47,076 nt of DNA, taken from the IMG/VR virus record IMGVR_UViG_3300027644_000022, positions 1-47,076 of that record; one strand, written 5' to 3'. The DNA is from a virus. Taxonomy: Duplodnaviria; Caudoviricetes. The notes beneath the pieces are model-generated. The model had not been told where the DNA came from and searched no databases. It was given only the letters and a program-made list of their open reading frames with translations. Shown piece after piece: positions 1 to 8,062 of this stretch (position 1 is its first letter; each line of letters begins with the position of its first letter). The position numbers were made by a program, and so were the translations under genes.

Positions 1-69
1 TGAACGCCGTCTGTGGCTAGCCAACGATGAGCACTTGTATTTGTGGGCAAAGGCCGAGGGGGTAAGGCT

Positions 70-249
70 ATGAAGTCAAAGGTAACACCTTCAATGGTCG
101 AGTCTTGGGTGGGCAACGGGTTCACCAGCAGAGGAAACAAAGTAACAACCCTAGAAGATTGTTTCAAAGTCTTGGCCGATATCGCCAACGACAAATACAA
201 ACCAAGGCAGTTGAAAGAAGATATCGAGATGGGTGAATACGAGTCATAG
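70..249 (+). CDS. small hypothetical early phage protein
   Basis: ORF with ATG at 70 after a purine-rich (GAGGGGT/AAGG) leader; first of a series of tightly packed + strand ORFs. Confidence 0.6.
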   Translation: MKSKVTPSMVESWVGNGFTSRGNKVTTLEDCFKVLADIANDKYKPRQLKEDIEMGEYES

Positions 250-257
250 AAAGACCA

Positions 258-476
258 ATGAAAAAAGAAACATCTGACATCGTAAGGTTCTACCATTGTA
301 AGAAGTGTCTTGAATGTATACCCGATGGAGAAAGCCCAGCAAGCTGGGCAAGGCTGAGCGTTGGGTTCAGCAAGGAGGGGATGCAAGTGTGGTGCCAGAG
401 GCACAACATGAATGTCATCCACATTGATTTCCTCGGGCAGAAAGTTGGGATAGTTCCCAAGAAAGGAAAGAAATGA
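258..476 (+). CDS. small Cys/His-containing hypothetical protein (possible Zn-binding)
   Basis: HCKKC...WCQRH motifs; ATGA overlap with next ORF. Confidence 0.7.
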   Translation: MKKETSDIVRFYHCKKCLECIPDGESPASWARLSVGFSKEGMQVWCQRHNMNVIHIDFLGQKVGIVPKKGKK

Positions 477-631
477 AAAAGAATATACCTACAAAGATAA
501 CACTCCATCGCCACGTAACTACGGGTGGAGCTGTCTACCTAACCGACAACCATAATTTTGCGAAAGCCAAGATTATCATTCGGTTGGATGGCGTAACCGA
601 GCTATCCAAGTGCGAAGTAGGATGCGAATGA
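473..631 (+). CDS. 52-aa hypothetical protein (not in ORF track)
   Basis: MKKNIPTKITLHRHVTTGGAVYLTD...; AAGGA SD; ATGA overlaps at both ends fill the gap exactly. Confidence 0.7.
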   Translation: MKKNIPTKITLHRHVTTGGAVYLTDNHNFAKAKIIIRLDGVTELSKCEVGCE

Positions 632-840
632 CACCTAAGAAGCTCTGGAAGATACAGGTCAAGGCCGTCCACGGCTGGGCAGACCTGAAGGTGAACGTGG
701 ATGACACAGATAAATACGTTGATGATTTCTGCGAGAGCGAAGCAGAAGCCCAAGGCGAATGCCAAGCGTTGAACAGAGAACTTGGTGGAGGTTACCGGGT
801 TGTCCCATCTGATACCCCGAGTGACTTCGACCTCTATTGA
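628..840 (+). CDS. hypothetical protein
   Basis: ATG at 628 coupled by ATGA to the preceding stop, AGGA upstream. Confidence 0.7.
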   Translation: MTPKKLWKIQVKAVHGWADLKVNVDDTDKYVDDFCESEAEAQGECQALNRELGGGYRVVPSDTPSDFDLY

Positions 841-852
841 AAGGAGAAACCT

Positions 853-1164
853 ATGAAGAAAAAGAAAGTATCGAAACGAAAACTAGAAGCTTCACTCAGA
901 GATTACGCAAAGAACTACCAGAGCAAATACAAAGGCTTGAAAGATGAAGAGAGACGGGCAAGCGCAGTAGAACTATTCAAAGATATCCGTGGCAAGTATG
1001 TCTTGGGTCAAGCTTGTGCCATTGCCTACAAGGAATTGCGTAAGACAGAACCTAGCAATGCCGACGACATCGCCTTGCTCGGTGAGCTTGTTGGGGGATT
1101 CTTCTACGCTATGAGTTTGAGCAAGCTTGGCTTAAGCGATGGCCGCAACGGAGCTTCCAACTAA
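853..1164 (+). CDS. hypothetical protein
   Basis: AAGGAG SD, 103 aa. Confidence 0.75.
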   Translation: MKKKKVSKRKLEASLRDYAKNYQSKYKGLKDEERRASAVELFKDIRGKYVLGQACAIAYKELRKTEPSNADDIALLGELVGGFFYAMSLSKLGLSDGRNGASN

Positions 1165-1169
1165 AACAT

Positions 1170-1346
1170 GAGGTGATTCCTAGCGTAGCGTTGTGCCAAC
1201 TACTCGCGGGATAGTTGGACTCAAAGTGAACCAAGCGAAAGGCTCCGCACCTTTCATCAAAAAGCTTGGGTATTGAGCCGTGAGCTTCTGGAGCAATCCA
1301 ATTCCATGCATGGGAGAGCGGTCATGGCAAACGCTAGGAGTCGCTT
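1170..1346 (+). ncRNA. putative multibranched structured RNA of unknown family
   Basis: ends GAGGTGATTCCTAGCGT / ACGCTAGGAGTCGCTT pair with G-U wobbles; nested internal stems including a GCAA tetraloop; intergenic. Confidence 0.6.
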
Positions 1347-1370
1347 AACTAAAAACAACAAAGGAGATAT

Positions 1371-1643
1371 ATGGACACAACATTAAAAGATAAGAAGACG
1401 AAAGAGCTAGAGGCCAAATGGCTAAAGCGATGCGAAGAGTGGAATTGGAATTGTGGCATCGCTGACATTGCAAGGGAATTGAAGGACATGGGTATTGAAT
1501 ACAGAACAGCAGAGTTCGTCATTGTGGAACGAGCCTTCAATAAATTCTTCGGTGGCAAGGGTGGTTTGGGACAAGTGAACAGCCAAGGCATACCCGTAAT
1601 CCCCACAATGGAGGCTATCGGAGAAATACTCGAACACATCTAA
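1371..1643 (+). CDS. hypothetical protein
   Basis: AAGGAG SD, 90 aa. Confidence 0.75.
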   Translation: MDTTLKDKKTKELEAKWLKRCEEWNWNCGIADIARELKDMGIEYRTAEFVIVERAFNKFFGGKGGLGQVNSQGIPVIPTMEAIGEILEHI

Positions 1644-1653
1644 ACCATTTGTC

Positions 1654-1671
1654 TTGACATTTGTTTGTCAT
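1654..1671. promoter_or_regulatory. TTGAC-N8-GTCA(T) palindrome overlapping a TTGACA -35 box
   Basis: TTGACATTTGTTTGTCAT in the intergenic gap upstream of ATG 1708. Confidence 0.55.
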
Positions 1672-1707
1672 AACAGGACCATACATAACCACACGAAAGG
1701 AACACAT

Positions 1708-1932
1708 ATGATACAAACCATAACCCTACTTAGGGATACAAAGAAAGATGAGCTGAACGCTTACCAGAAACATTACTCTCAGATACTTAAAGGTACTCTG
1801 ATTGATGTTGCTCACGATGCAACTGACGACTGTTACGGATTGGTATTTAGAATGCCAAACGAAGAAGTGAAGACTGCTTGGATTAGTTGCGATGAAGAAG
1901 GCAACGGTCCTGGCTTTCTTGACATACGCTAA
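1708..1932 (+). CDS. hypothetical protein
   Basis: AAGGA SD before ATG 1708; C-terminal DEEGNGPGFL motif. Confidence 0.7.
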   Translation: MIQTITLLRDTKKDELNAYQKHYSQILKGTLIDVAHDATDDCYGLVFRMPNEEVKTAWISCDEEGNGPGFLDIR

Positions 1933-2255
1933 TGAGAATCGACATCGACTACGCAGAGGCTGACTTCCAACACGAAGGAGCATCGTATCAAGCCATCGGA
2001 GGAGTCACCCACAACACGACATCAGAGGATGTTGGTATCGGTAGCTACGAATACTGGGGACATCGTGAATACGACAGCAAGATTGTCGAGGTAAGTGAGT
2101 ACTCAGAAGCTGAGTTCATTACCCCCGACATCTACCCCGCTGGATCGGACACTCCCCTCACCGACCCATCACCCGCCCTCATCGAAGCAGCGCAGGAGGC
2201 GTTGTTCGAGAAGACACAAGAGAAGGCTGAAGAGATAGCCACGGAGAAGTCATGA
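1932..2255 (+). CDS. acidic hypothetical protein
   Basis: TAATG coupling; GIGSYEYWG motif. Confidence 0.75.
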   Translation: MRIDIDYAEADFQHEGASYQAIGGVTHNTTSEDVGIGSYEYWGHREYDSKIVEVSEYSEAEFITPDIYPAGSDTPLTDPSPALIEAAQEALFEKTQEKAEEIATEKS

Positions 2256-2476
2256 AAGAAGAACTAAAGAAAGGAAACAACATGAGAAAGAGAGGCTTAG
2301 GGATAAACACGTTAATAAAGATATATAAGTCAAAGCTAATAAAGGCTCAGGACTACTTAGAGGCTACCGAAGGAACAAGGTATAGCACCTGCCAAGGAAG
2401 TTATGACGTTGGGTATTACCAAGGAACCATAGATCTACTTGAACGTCTTAGGCCAACGAAGAAAGCAACTGCATGA
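2252..2476 (+). CDS. hypothetical protein (start 2252 or 2282)
   Basis: ATGA overlaps; second ATG has an AAGGA SD. Confidence 0.65.
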   Translation: MKEELKKGNNMRKRGLGINTLIKIYKSKLIKAQDYLEATEGTRYSTCQGSYDVGYYQGTIDLLERLRPTKKATA

Positions 2477-2700
2477 GTGACACCAAGTCACCACCTCTAG
2501 CAGAGCCGTGCGTTGACTGCCGAACTGGGATTTACCAGTGGGTCACAAAAGATGACTTTATTGCAGGCATCACCATTAAAGATTTACGGCATCAAGTATG
2601 CGACAACTGCGGCGAAGCCGTATATGGAGCGCCAGCCCTAGAACGCATTAGCCGTGAAGTAAGAGAACATAAAGAAAGGAAACAACAATGGACCAAATAG
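2473..2700 (+). CDS. YgiT-type (MqsA N-terminal-like) zinc-finger protein
   Basis: CxxC...ITIKDL...VCDNCGE.VY....LERI matches the YgiT-type Zn-finger pattern; no HTH. Confidence 0.7.
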   Translation: MSDTKSPPLAEPCVDCRTGIYQWVTKDDFIAGITIKDLRHQVCDNCGEAVYGAPALERISREVREHKERKQQWTK

Positions 2701-2927
2701 AAAAAACAACAAAAAAATTCACAATCAGATTGCAACGCAACCAAATCGCTGAGGTAGACGTCGAGGTGGAGGCCACATCAGAGGATGAGGCCACAGACAA
2801 AGCCTTGGGACTGGCCGAGAATTGTACCGACGCTAGTGGCTTCGCCCTAGAATGGGATGAAGTTGATTACAACTTTGAAGTCCTCGAGATTGAAACCGAA
2901 GACGAAGACGAAGATGAACCCAGCTAA
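2688..2927 (+). CDS. acidic small protein, DpnD/PcfM-like
   Basis: VEVEATSEDEA motif; AAGGA SD. Confidence 0.6.
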   Translation: MDQIEKTTKKFTIRLQRNQIAEVDVEVEATSEDEATDKALGLAENCTDASGFALEWDEVDYNFEVLEIETEDEDEDEPS

Positions 2928-2946
2928 ACCAAAGAAAGGAAACGAT

Positions 2947-3297
2947 ATGAAAAAGAAACAAACTAAGAAGCTAGCCAAACCCGAACACTATTATTGGGAT
3001 GGCGTAACAAAAACAGAAATTAAATGGATTCACAAGATTGCTCACCGAGCTTGTGAGATGGATAAAGAGATTGCCGAACGCCTTGGAGACAAAGGCAGGG
3101 TAGCTGAGCGAGGTGTTATGGATATGGCTATGGATCTCGAACTCTGCCACGCCAAGCATCACAAGTTGCGTCTCAAGGAAATGGCTGAGACCAAAGACAG
3201 ATTCAGTTTTATGCATGACATCTATATGATTGTTAACTCAATTAACAAAGACACCTACGGATGGGACACCCTCGGAATGCCTAGGTTCTCGAGGTAG
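2947..3297 (+). CDS. conserved phage protein (DUF6874-like)
   Basis: MDLELCH...L.L..M...F.HD..I...IN..T......PRF pattern; AAGGA SD before ATG 2947. Confidence 0.6.
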   Translation: MKKKQTKKLAKPEHYYWDGVTKTEIKWIHKIAHRACEMDKEIAERLGDKGRVAERGVMDMAMDLELCHAKHHKLRLKEMAETKDRFSFMHDIYMIVNSINKDTYGWDTLGMPRFSR

Positions 3298-3301
3298 GAA
3301 T

Positions 3302-3790
3302 ATGAAAGAAGCACTCAAGAACTTAGTCGAACAATCGGAAGTACCGATCCTCAAGAACGAGATCGACCAGCTCAGAGGTACTCTTTCCACCCTAACCAAC
3401 CTTGTTCTTAAAACCGAACAAGACCTAACCAGTTACCGCAAGGTTACTGAAGATCTAGCCAAGGAACTTGCCGAGCATCTCAAGGTACGGACATCTCATA
3501 CAACCTTTGTCAACGGCAAGGGTTCGGAGACGTACTACCGGGATGTGGCAAGCGTATCGAAACGATGGAAAGAGTGGGAAGAAATGTACAAGGCTGGCAA
3601 ACCCATCTCCGAAATTGCAAGGAAGTGGGGCGTCAACCATCACACCGTTCGACACGCCAAGGCCAAGAACTTCACCGCATCCGTTTGCAAGACACCCAAG
3701 AGCAAGGAACAACCAAGGGATATTCAATTATTCCTAGGTCGTAAGAGACACATGAGGCAGAAGCCTCATCGCCTACGCCTTGCTGCCTAA
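3302..3790 (+). CDS. coiled-coil + helix-turn-helix DNA-binding protein
   Basis: GKPISEIARKWGVNHHTVRH HTH; N-terminal heptads; GAGGTAGG SD. Confidence 0.7.
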   Translation: MKEALKNLVEQSEVPILKNEIDQLRGTLSTLTNLVLKTEQDLTSYRKVTEDLAKELAEHLKVRTSHTTFVNGKGSETYYRDVASVSKRWKEWEEMYKAGKPISEIARKWGVNHHTVRHAKAKNFTASVCKTPKSKEQPRDIQLFLGRKRHMRQKPHRLRLAA

Positions 3791-3811
3791 CCCCAAAAGA
3801 AAGGACAACCT

Positions 3812-4132
3812 ATGATGACTATGATTCCGTTAACCACGGAGCAGATCGACACGTTTGGCGAAGCAACAGCCAAGCGAAACCAAGCAGAGAAAGTAAGAGA
3901 AGCCGTGCTTCCCCTCCTCAAGCTTACCTACCAGGAAACGGGCAACCGCCTCTTCGAAGGTAACTCGTGGATCGTTAAGGCATCCGATGGGATGAAGAGA
4001 ACATTAGACGTTTACAAACTAATCGAAGTTCTCTCAGCCGTCGGTGTCAAAGAACCCGCCACCCTCGTGGATGGATGCTACACAGAAGCAACCTTCCCAA
4101 CGTTTCGTGTTCAACCCGTTCCGACTTTGTGA
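3812..4132 (+). CDS. hypothetical protein
   Basis: AAGGA SD, 106 aa. Confidence 0.75.
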   Translation: MMTMIPLTTEQIDTFGEATAKRNQAEKVREAVLPLLKLTYQETGNRLFEGNSWIVKASDGMKRTLDVYKLIEVLSAVGVKEPATLVDGCYTEATFPTFRVQPVPTL

Positions 4133-4305
4133 AACTACTGAACAAGAAACAATGCAAAGCGTTAGCACTAGAGCTGGCTAGCAAACGATCACACAAGTTC
4201 AGTCGTGTGGCGCCCAGCTTCCTAGAGTCCATTGAAAGGAAGATATCTATGTGGATGTTGGACTACATCCACCAACTACCCTCGAAAGGAAAGACAATCA
4301 AATGA
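4129..4305 (+). CDS. 58-aa basic protein, possible truncated histone fold
   Basis: GTGA and ATGA overlaps; helix-SRVA-long helix-GKTI layout. Confidence 0.55.
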   Translation: MKLLNKKQCKALALELASKRSHKFSRVAPSFLESIERKISMWMLDYIHQLPSKGKTIK

Positions 4306-5033
4306 GCGAGAAAGTACGATTCGTCTGCGGCAATGGTAAGCTACCAAAGACCACAGCAATCTTTAATCTTCCCGCTGGCCACACTTGTCCCTTCGCCAAA
4401 GAGTGTCTGGCTAAAGCAGATCGTCTTACTGGCAAAGTAATTGACGGGGAGCATTGTCGATTCCGATGCTTTGCTGCTTCGTCAGAGGTTCAATACAAAG
4501 CTGTACGAGATCTTAGGTGGAATAACTTCAACCTGATTCGGGGCAAGAAATCCAACGAGATTGCTGACATGATCTGCGAGGCTCTGCCTGGCAAGAAGCT
4601 TGTGAGAATCCACGAGTCGGGTGACTTCTTTAGCCAAACCTACTTTGACGCTTGGCTTGAAGTTGCCAGCAGAAATCCTCACGTTTTGTTTTACGCCTAC
4701 ACCAAATCGATTCCTTTTTGGTTAGCTCGTCTTGACAATTTGCCGTCAAACATTCGGTTGACTGCAAGCCTTGGTGGCAAGCACGACGATCTAGCTGAGA
4801 AGCACAATCTCAAGACATCGTATGTGGCCTTCAGTGAAGAGGCCGCAAACATCCGTGGCCTTGAGATTGACCACGACGACAGCCTTGCATACGGGCCCAA
4901 CGAGAAATCGTTTGCTCACTTGATCCACGGGACACAGCCCGCTGGGTCGGAAGCATCCAAGGCTAGGTCGCTACTTCGCAAGACAACTGGATTCGTCGGT
5001 TACTCGTCAAAGAGAAAGGTGGTACACGCATGA
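4302..5033 (+). CDS. GP88-like (radical-SAM-like) phage protein
   Basis: N.KL...FNLPA..TCP.A..C...C.A and RIHESGDF, FYAYTK motifs; AAGGA SD before ATG 4302. Confidence 0.75.
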   Translation: MSEKVRFVCGNGKLPKTTAIFNLPAGHTCPFAKECLAKADRLTGKVIDGEHCRFRCFAASSEVQYKAVRDLRWNNFNLIRGKKSNEIADMICEALPGKKLVRIHESGDFFSQTYFDAWLEVASRNPHVLFYAYTKSIPFWLARLDNLPSNIRLTASLGGKHDDLAEKHNLKTSYVAFSEEAANIRGLEIDHDDSLAYGPNEKSFAHLIHGTQPAGSEASKARSLLRKTTGFVGYSSKRKVVHA

Positions 5034-6784
5034 AGTATCTGTCTGTTTGTTCAGGCATTGAGGCGGCCTCCGTAGCCTGGGAGAAACTTGGGTGGAAGCC
5101 CGTCGCCTTTTCAGAAATCGAACCATTCCCGTCAGCGGTGCTGAATCACCACTGGCCAGAGGTTCCTAACCTAGGAGATATGACTAAATATGAATCATGG
5201 AAATTCGAAGAACCAATTGACGTTTTGGTCGGAGGAACACCCTGCCAAGCCTTCAGCGTCGCAGGACTCAGGAAAGGATTGGCCGACCCAAGAGGCGGTC
5301 TCTCACTCACCTTCGTCAACATCGCAGATCACTTCAACCCAAAGTGGATCCTCTGGGAGAACGTGCCCGGTGTCCTTTCCTCAAAGGACAACGGGTTCGG
5401 TTGCTTTCTGGGAGCACTTGCCGGGGAAGATGGTGAGCTCAAACCGCCAGGGGAAAAATGGGCAGACGCAGGTTGTGTGTATGGTCCCAAAAGGTCAATC
5501 GCTTGGCGATGCCTTGACGCCCAATATTTCGGTGTGGCCCAACGACGCAAGCGTTGTTTCCTTGTCGCATGTCCTCGAGACCAAGGAGATCCAGCCAAGG
5601 TTCTATTTGAGTGGGAAGGCTTGCGCAGGGATACTGCGCCGAGCCGAGAAGCGAGGAAAGGACTTGCCCCCGATGCTGAAGGAAGCGTTGACACGGGTTG
5701 TGTCGGAGCCATTGACACAGAGTGTGGAGGCGGAAAGTTAACCAACCAGACTGTTAGAGCTGGGCACATACTTCCAAGTATTGTTAGCCCGACTGCTCCC
5801 GAAGTTGCGACCTTTAGGATGCAAGCCTTTGGGGAATATACCGATGACGGCTCGGCATCCACAATGAAGGCTAGGGATTACAAGGATGCCACTGACTTAG
5901 TTGCTTCCCCTATTGTCATTGATCGTGCTGCCTTTAACCAAGGCGAGAACGCTCAGTACAAACCGCACATTGAGCAATGCGAAACAATGGATCCTCTGGT
6001 AGCCCGAGGACCCCACGCCGTTGCTATCCCTATCCACGACCAAGCCACCAGAAATGCTGGCAAGCGTGGTGACAAGCAAGACGGCAAGGGTAACGGGCTA
6101 GGTATCGGTAAGCCGGGTGACCCCTGCCCCACCCTGACCAAAGGCGACAAACACGCAGTCCTGTATGAGAATCACCCCAATGACTCTCGAGTTACTGGAC
6201 CCCTCGAAGTTGCACCAAGCTGTGTGTCGAGATACGGAACGGGTGGTGGGAATGTCCCACTTGTGCAAGAGGGTGTTGACCTATACAACCAAGCCATAAC
6301 AGGTGATGTCCATTGCCCACTAAGAACCGCTGGAGGACATGGAGCCCCAGCAGTTTTGGTTAAGGATGCGATTGCCTTTGAACCAGGTATTGCGTCCAGA
6401 GAGGGCAACGAAAGTAGATTCGTGAAGGAGATGTCCCCTACCTTACGGAAGGATATGGGGGATAACCAAGTGGCTGTTGCGGTCGATACCTACAACCACG
6501 CCTTACAAAAAGTAGCTATACCCATTCGGTCAACTGCTTCGGATGTTTGTCATACTGGAGGAGTCATTAACCCAGCAGACAGAATGGCAGTCCGTCGCCT
6601 CACTCCCAAAGAGTGCGAGCGTTTGCAAGGATTTCCAGATGAGCATACACTAATTCCTTGGAGGGGTAAGCCAGCCGATCAATGCCCCGATGGTCCACGC
6701 TACAAAGCGTTAGGGAATTCGATGGCAGTTCCCTGCATGGAATGGATCGGCAACAAAATTAAGGAGGCATCAATATGTGGATAG
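5030..6784 (+). CDS. DNA (cytosine-5) methyltransferase, large subunit
   Basis: motif I SVCSGI, IV GGTPCQ, VI ENVPG, VIII QRRKR, RRLTP.ECERLQGFP, X GNSMAVP. Confidence 0.95.
   Translation: MKYLSVCSGIEAASVAWEKLGWKPVAFSEIEPFPSAVLNHHWPEVPNLGDMTKYESWKFEEPIDVLVGGTPCQAFSVAGLRKGLADPRGGLSLTFVNIADHFNPKWILWENVPGVLSSKDNGFGCFLGALAGEDGELKPPGEKWADAGCVYGPKRSIAWRCLDAQYFGVAQRRKRCFLVACPRDQGDPAKVLFEWEGLRRDTAPSREARKGLAPDAEGSVDTGCVGAIDTECGGGKLTNQTVRAGHILPSIVSPTAPEVATFRMQAFGEYTDDGSASTMKARDYKDATDLVASPIVIDRAAFNQGENAQYKPHIEQCETMDPLVARGPHAVAIPIHDQATRNAGKRGDKQDGKGNGLGIGKPGDPCPTLTKGDKHAVLYENHPNDSRVTGPLEVAPSCVSRYGTGGGNVPLVQEGVDLYNQAITGDVHCPLRTAGGHGAPAVLVKDAIAFEPGIASREGNESRFVKEMSPTLRKDMGDNQVAVAVDTYNHALQKVAIPIRSTASDVCHTGGVINPADRMAVRRLTPKECERLQGFPDEHTLIPWRGKPADQCPDGPRYKALGNSMAVPCMEWIGNKIKEASICG
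5190..5741 (+). CDS. overprinted alternative-frame methyltransferase beta subunit (M.EcoHK31I-beta-like)
   Basis: 183-aa +1-frame ORF inside the MTase; SLSHVLE...FYLS.KACAGILRRAEKRGK.LP..L..AL motif; AGGAG upstream. Confidence 0.7.
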   Translation: MNHGNSKNQLTFWSEEHPAKPSASQDSGKDWPTQEAVSHSPSSTSQITSTQSGSSGRTCPVSFPQRTTGSVAFWEHLPGKMVSSNRQGKNGQTQVVCMVPKGQSLGDALTPNISVWPNDASVVSLSHVLETKEIQPRFYLSGKACAGILRRAEKRGKDLPPMLKEALTRVVSEPLTQSVEAES

Positions 6785-7167
6785 CCACAACATTAGGATT
6801 CTATTCGGTAGTACATAAGCAACATCACGAAGCACCCAACGGCAAAAAGTTCTTTGTCATTCGGGCAAGAACACGAGGAGATATTGAGAGACTTGCTAAG
6901 GAGATTAAGTCAGTAACGGGTAAGGATAAGATGATCCATGAATACGAAAAGTCGGATTACCAATTCCGTATCTACTTGGAAAACGAACAAGAACTATCAG
7001 CAACCCTCGGCGCCTTGGCATCCAAGGTTACCTACTCAAACTTCAAGGAAGAGATTGCCGAGATACCTCACCAGCAAGATAAAGTCCCAGCCTATTCAAA
7101 CCTTTGGCTTAAGCTTTTCTTGCTAACCCATAAAGGAATATTCAATGAACAACCCTCAGAAGCCTGA
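6775..7167 (+). CDS. conserved phage hypothetical protein
   Basis: AAGGAGG SD; MWI.T..GF.SVV...RAR...DY..R...Y.NFK pattern. Confidence 0.75.
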   Translation: MWIATTLGFYSVVHKQHHEAPNGKKFFVIRARTRGDIERLAKEIKSVTGKDKMIHEYEKSDYQFRIYLENEQELSATLGALASKVTYSNFKEEIAEIPHQQDKVPAYSNLWLKLFLLTHKGIFNEQPSEA

Positions 7168-7372
7168 CCTATCCAACAAGCTATTGCGGTACGGGTATTG
7201 GAGCTGGGCAGCGGACGAGCCCGCCACCCACCAATGCGACCAGAACCACAAGGAATGTGCTGTTGAATCAAATGGAGTTTGTATGCAACAGTTAAGTCAA
7301 CAGGTTGATATCGACTATCCAGTACAGGAGAGTTACCCACCCTTGACCATAGAAGATCTGGAGGATCTGTAA
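7145..7372 (+). CDS. hypothetical protein
   Basis: AAGGA SD; fills the gap. Confidence 0.55.
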   Translation: MNNPQKPDLSNKLLRYGYWSWAADEPATHQCDQNHKECAVESNGVCMQQLSQQVDIDYPVQESYPPLTIEDLEDL

Positions 7373-7373
7373 G

Positions 7374-7685
7374 ATGAAACTATTTGTAATATTATACTTT
7401 GTAGTGTCTTCAGTTATTGCACAGCAGATCCTCATATCCGCTAACCCAGACTTGCTTTACTCCACCTCAAATGATTACGGACCTTGGGGTGCTCCAGAGT
7501 TCCTCAACTCACCTAACAATGATTACGGTCCAGTTGGTAGCCCAGAATGGCTAGGCAGTGTGTCGAATAATTACGGCGTTGGTTTGAGGCCAGAAGAACT
7601 ACTCATCCTTAGACCAAACATAATTACCTTAGAGGAGTTGACCGCTCCGTTCGAAAGAGACTTTTACGTAGAACCTATTGAGTAG
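7374..7685 (+). CDS. secreted protein with NxYG repeats
   Basis: GGAGG SD; signal peptide ending VIA; three SN(D/N)YG repeats. Confidence 0.7.
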   Translation: MKLFVILYFVVSSVIAQQILISANPDLLYSTSNDYGPWGAPEFLNSPNNDYGPVGSPEWLGSVSNNYGVGLRPEELLILRPNIITLEELTAPFERDFYVEPIE

Positions 7686-8019
7686 AGTTAAGTCTAGCCC
7701 GTCTCTGGGCACAAGCCCCACAGCCCTGCACATTTGTACCAGCGACGCTGTCGATTGCCTTGGCAATTGGTTTGGCAAGCGTGTGAACCACGTCCCCTAA
7801 CCCGTAACCTTCACAGTACTCAGATCCAAGTTTATCACACAACTGATCGTGTATCATTTGTTCTTGGTTCCCGTGGATAGTTAAGCCGTTTAAATGCCTA
7901 TGCTGGATTACCCTTTTCAATAACTCTGAAAAGCTACTAGCGGTTATGACTGCTTTGGTTTGATAGTCTTGATAAACAAAACCAGTAGGCAAAGGATTTA
8001 AAGTACTCTTAAGTTTCAT
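7675..8019 (-). CDS. hypothetical protein with GLGD...CxxC..R...LN C-terminus
   Basis: C-terminal motif common in small phage proteins; divergent from the 8063 gene. Confidence 0.7.
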   Translation of the reverse strand: MKLKSTLNPLPTGFVYQDYQTKAVITASSFSELLKRVIQHRHLNGLTIHGNQEQMIHDQLCDKLGSEYCEGYGLGDVVHTLAKPIAKAIDSVAGTNVQGCGACAQRRARLNSTQ

Positions 8020-8062
8020 GCACCTATCTTGACACGTTCTTCTATAGACTCAAGCTGGTTAG

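Noticed and set aside
1170-1346. tRNA or intrinsic terminator
   Set aside because: No cloverleaf, T-loop or CCA, and no U-tract; too long and multibranched
5329-6408. Antisense ORFs within the MTase gene
   Set aside because: No SD or recognisable motifs; shadows of the coding strand, unlike the same-strand 5190 ORF
8029-8046. Additional TTGAC-N8-GTCAA copies at 8029 and at 38870-38887
   Set aside because: Only the TTGACA arm is present; treated as plain -35 boxes
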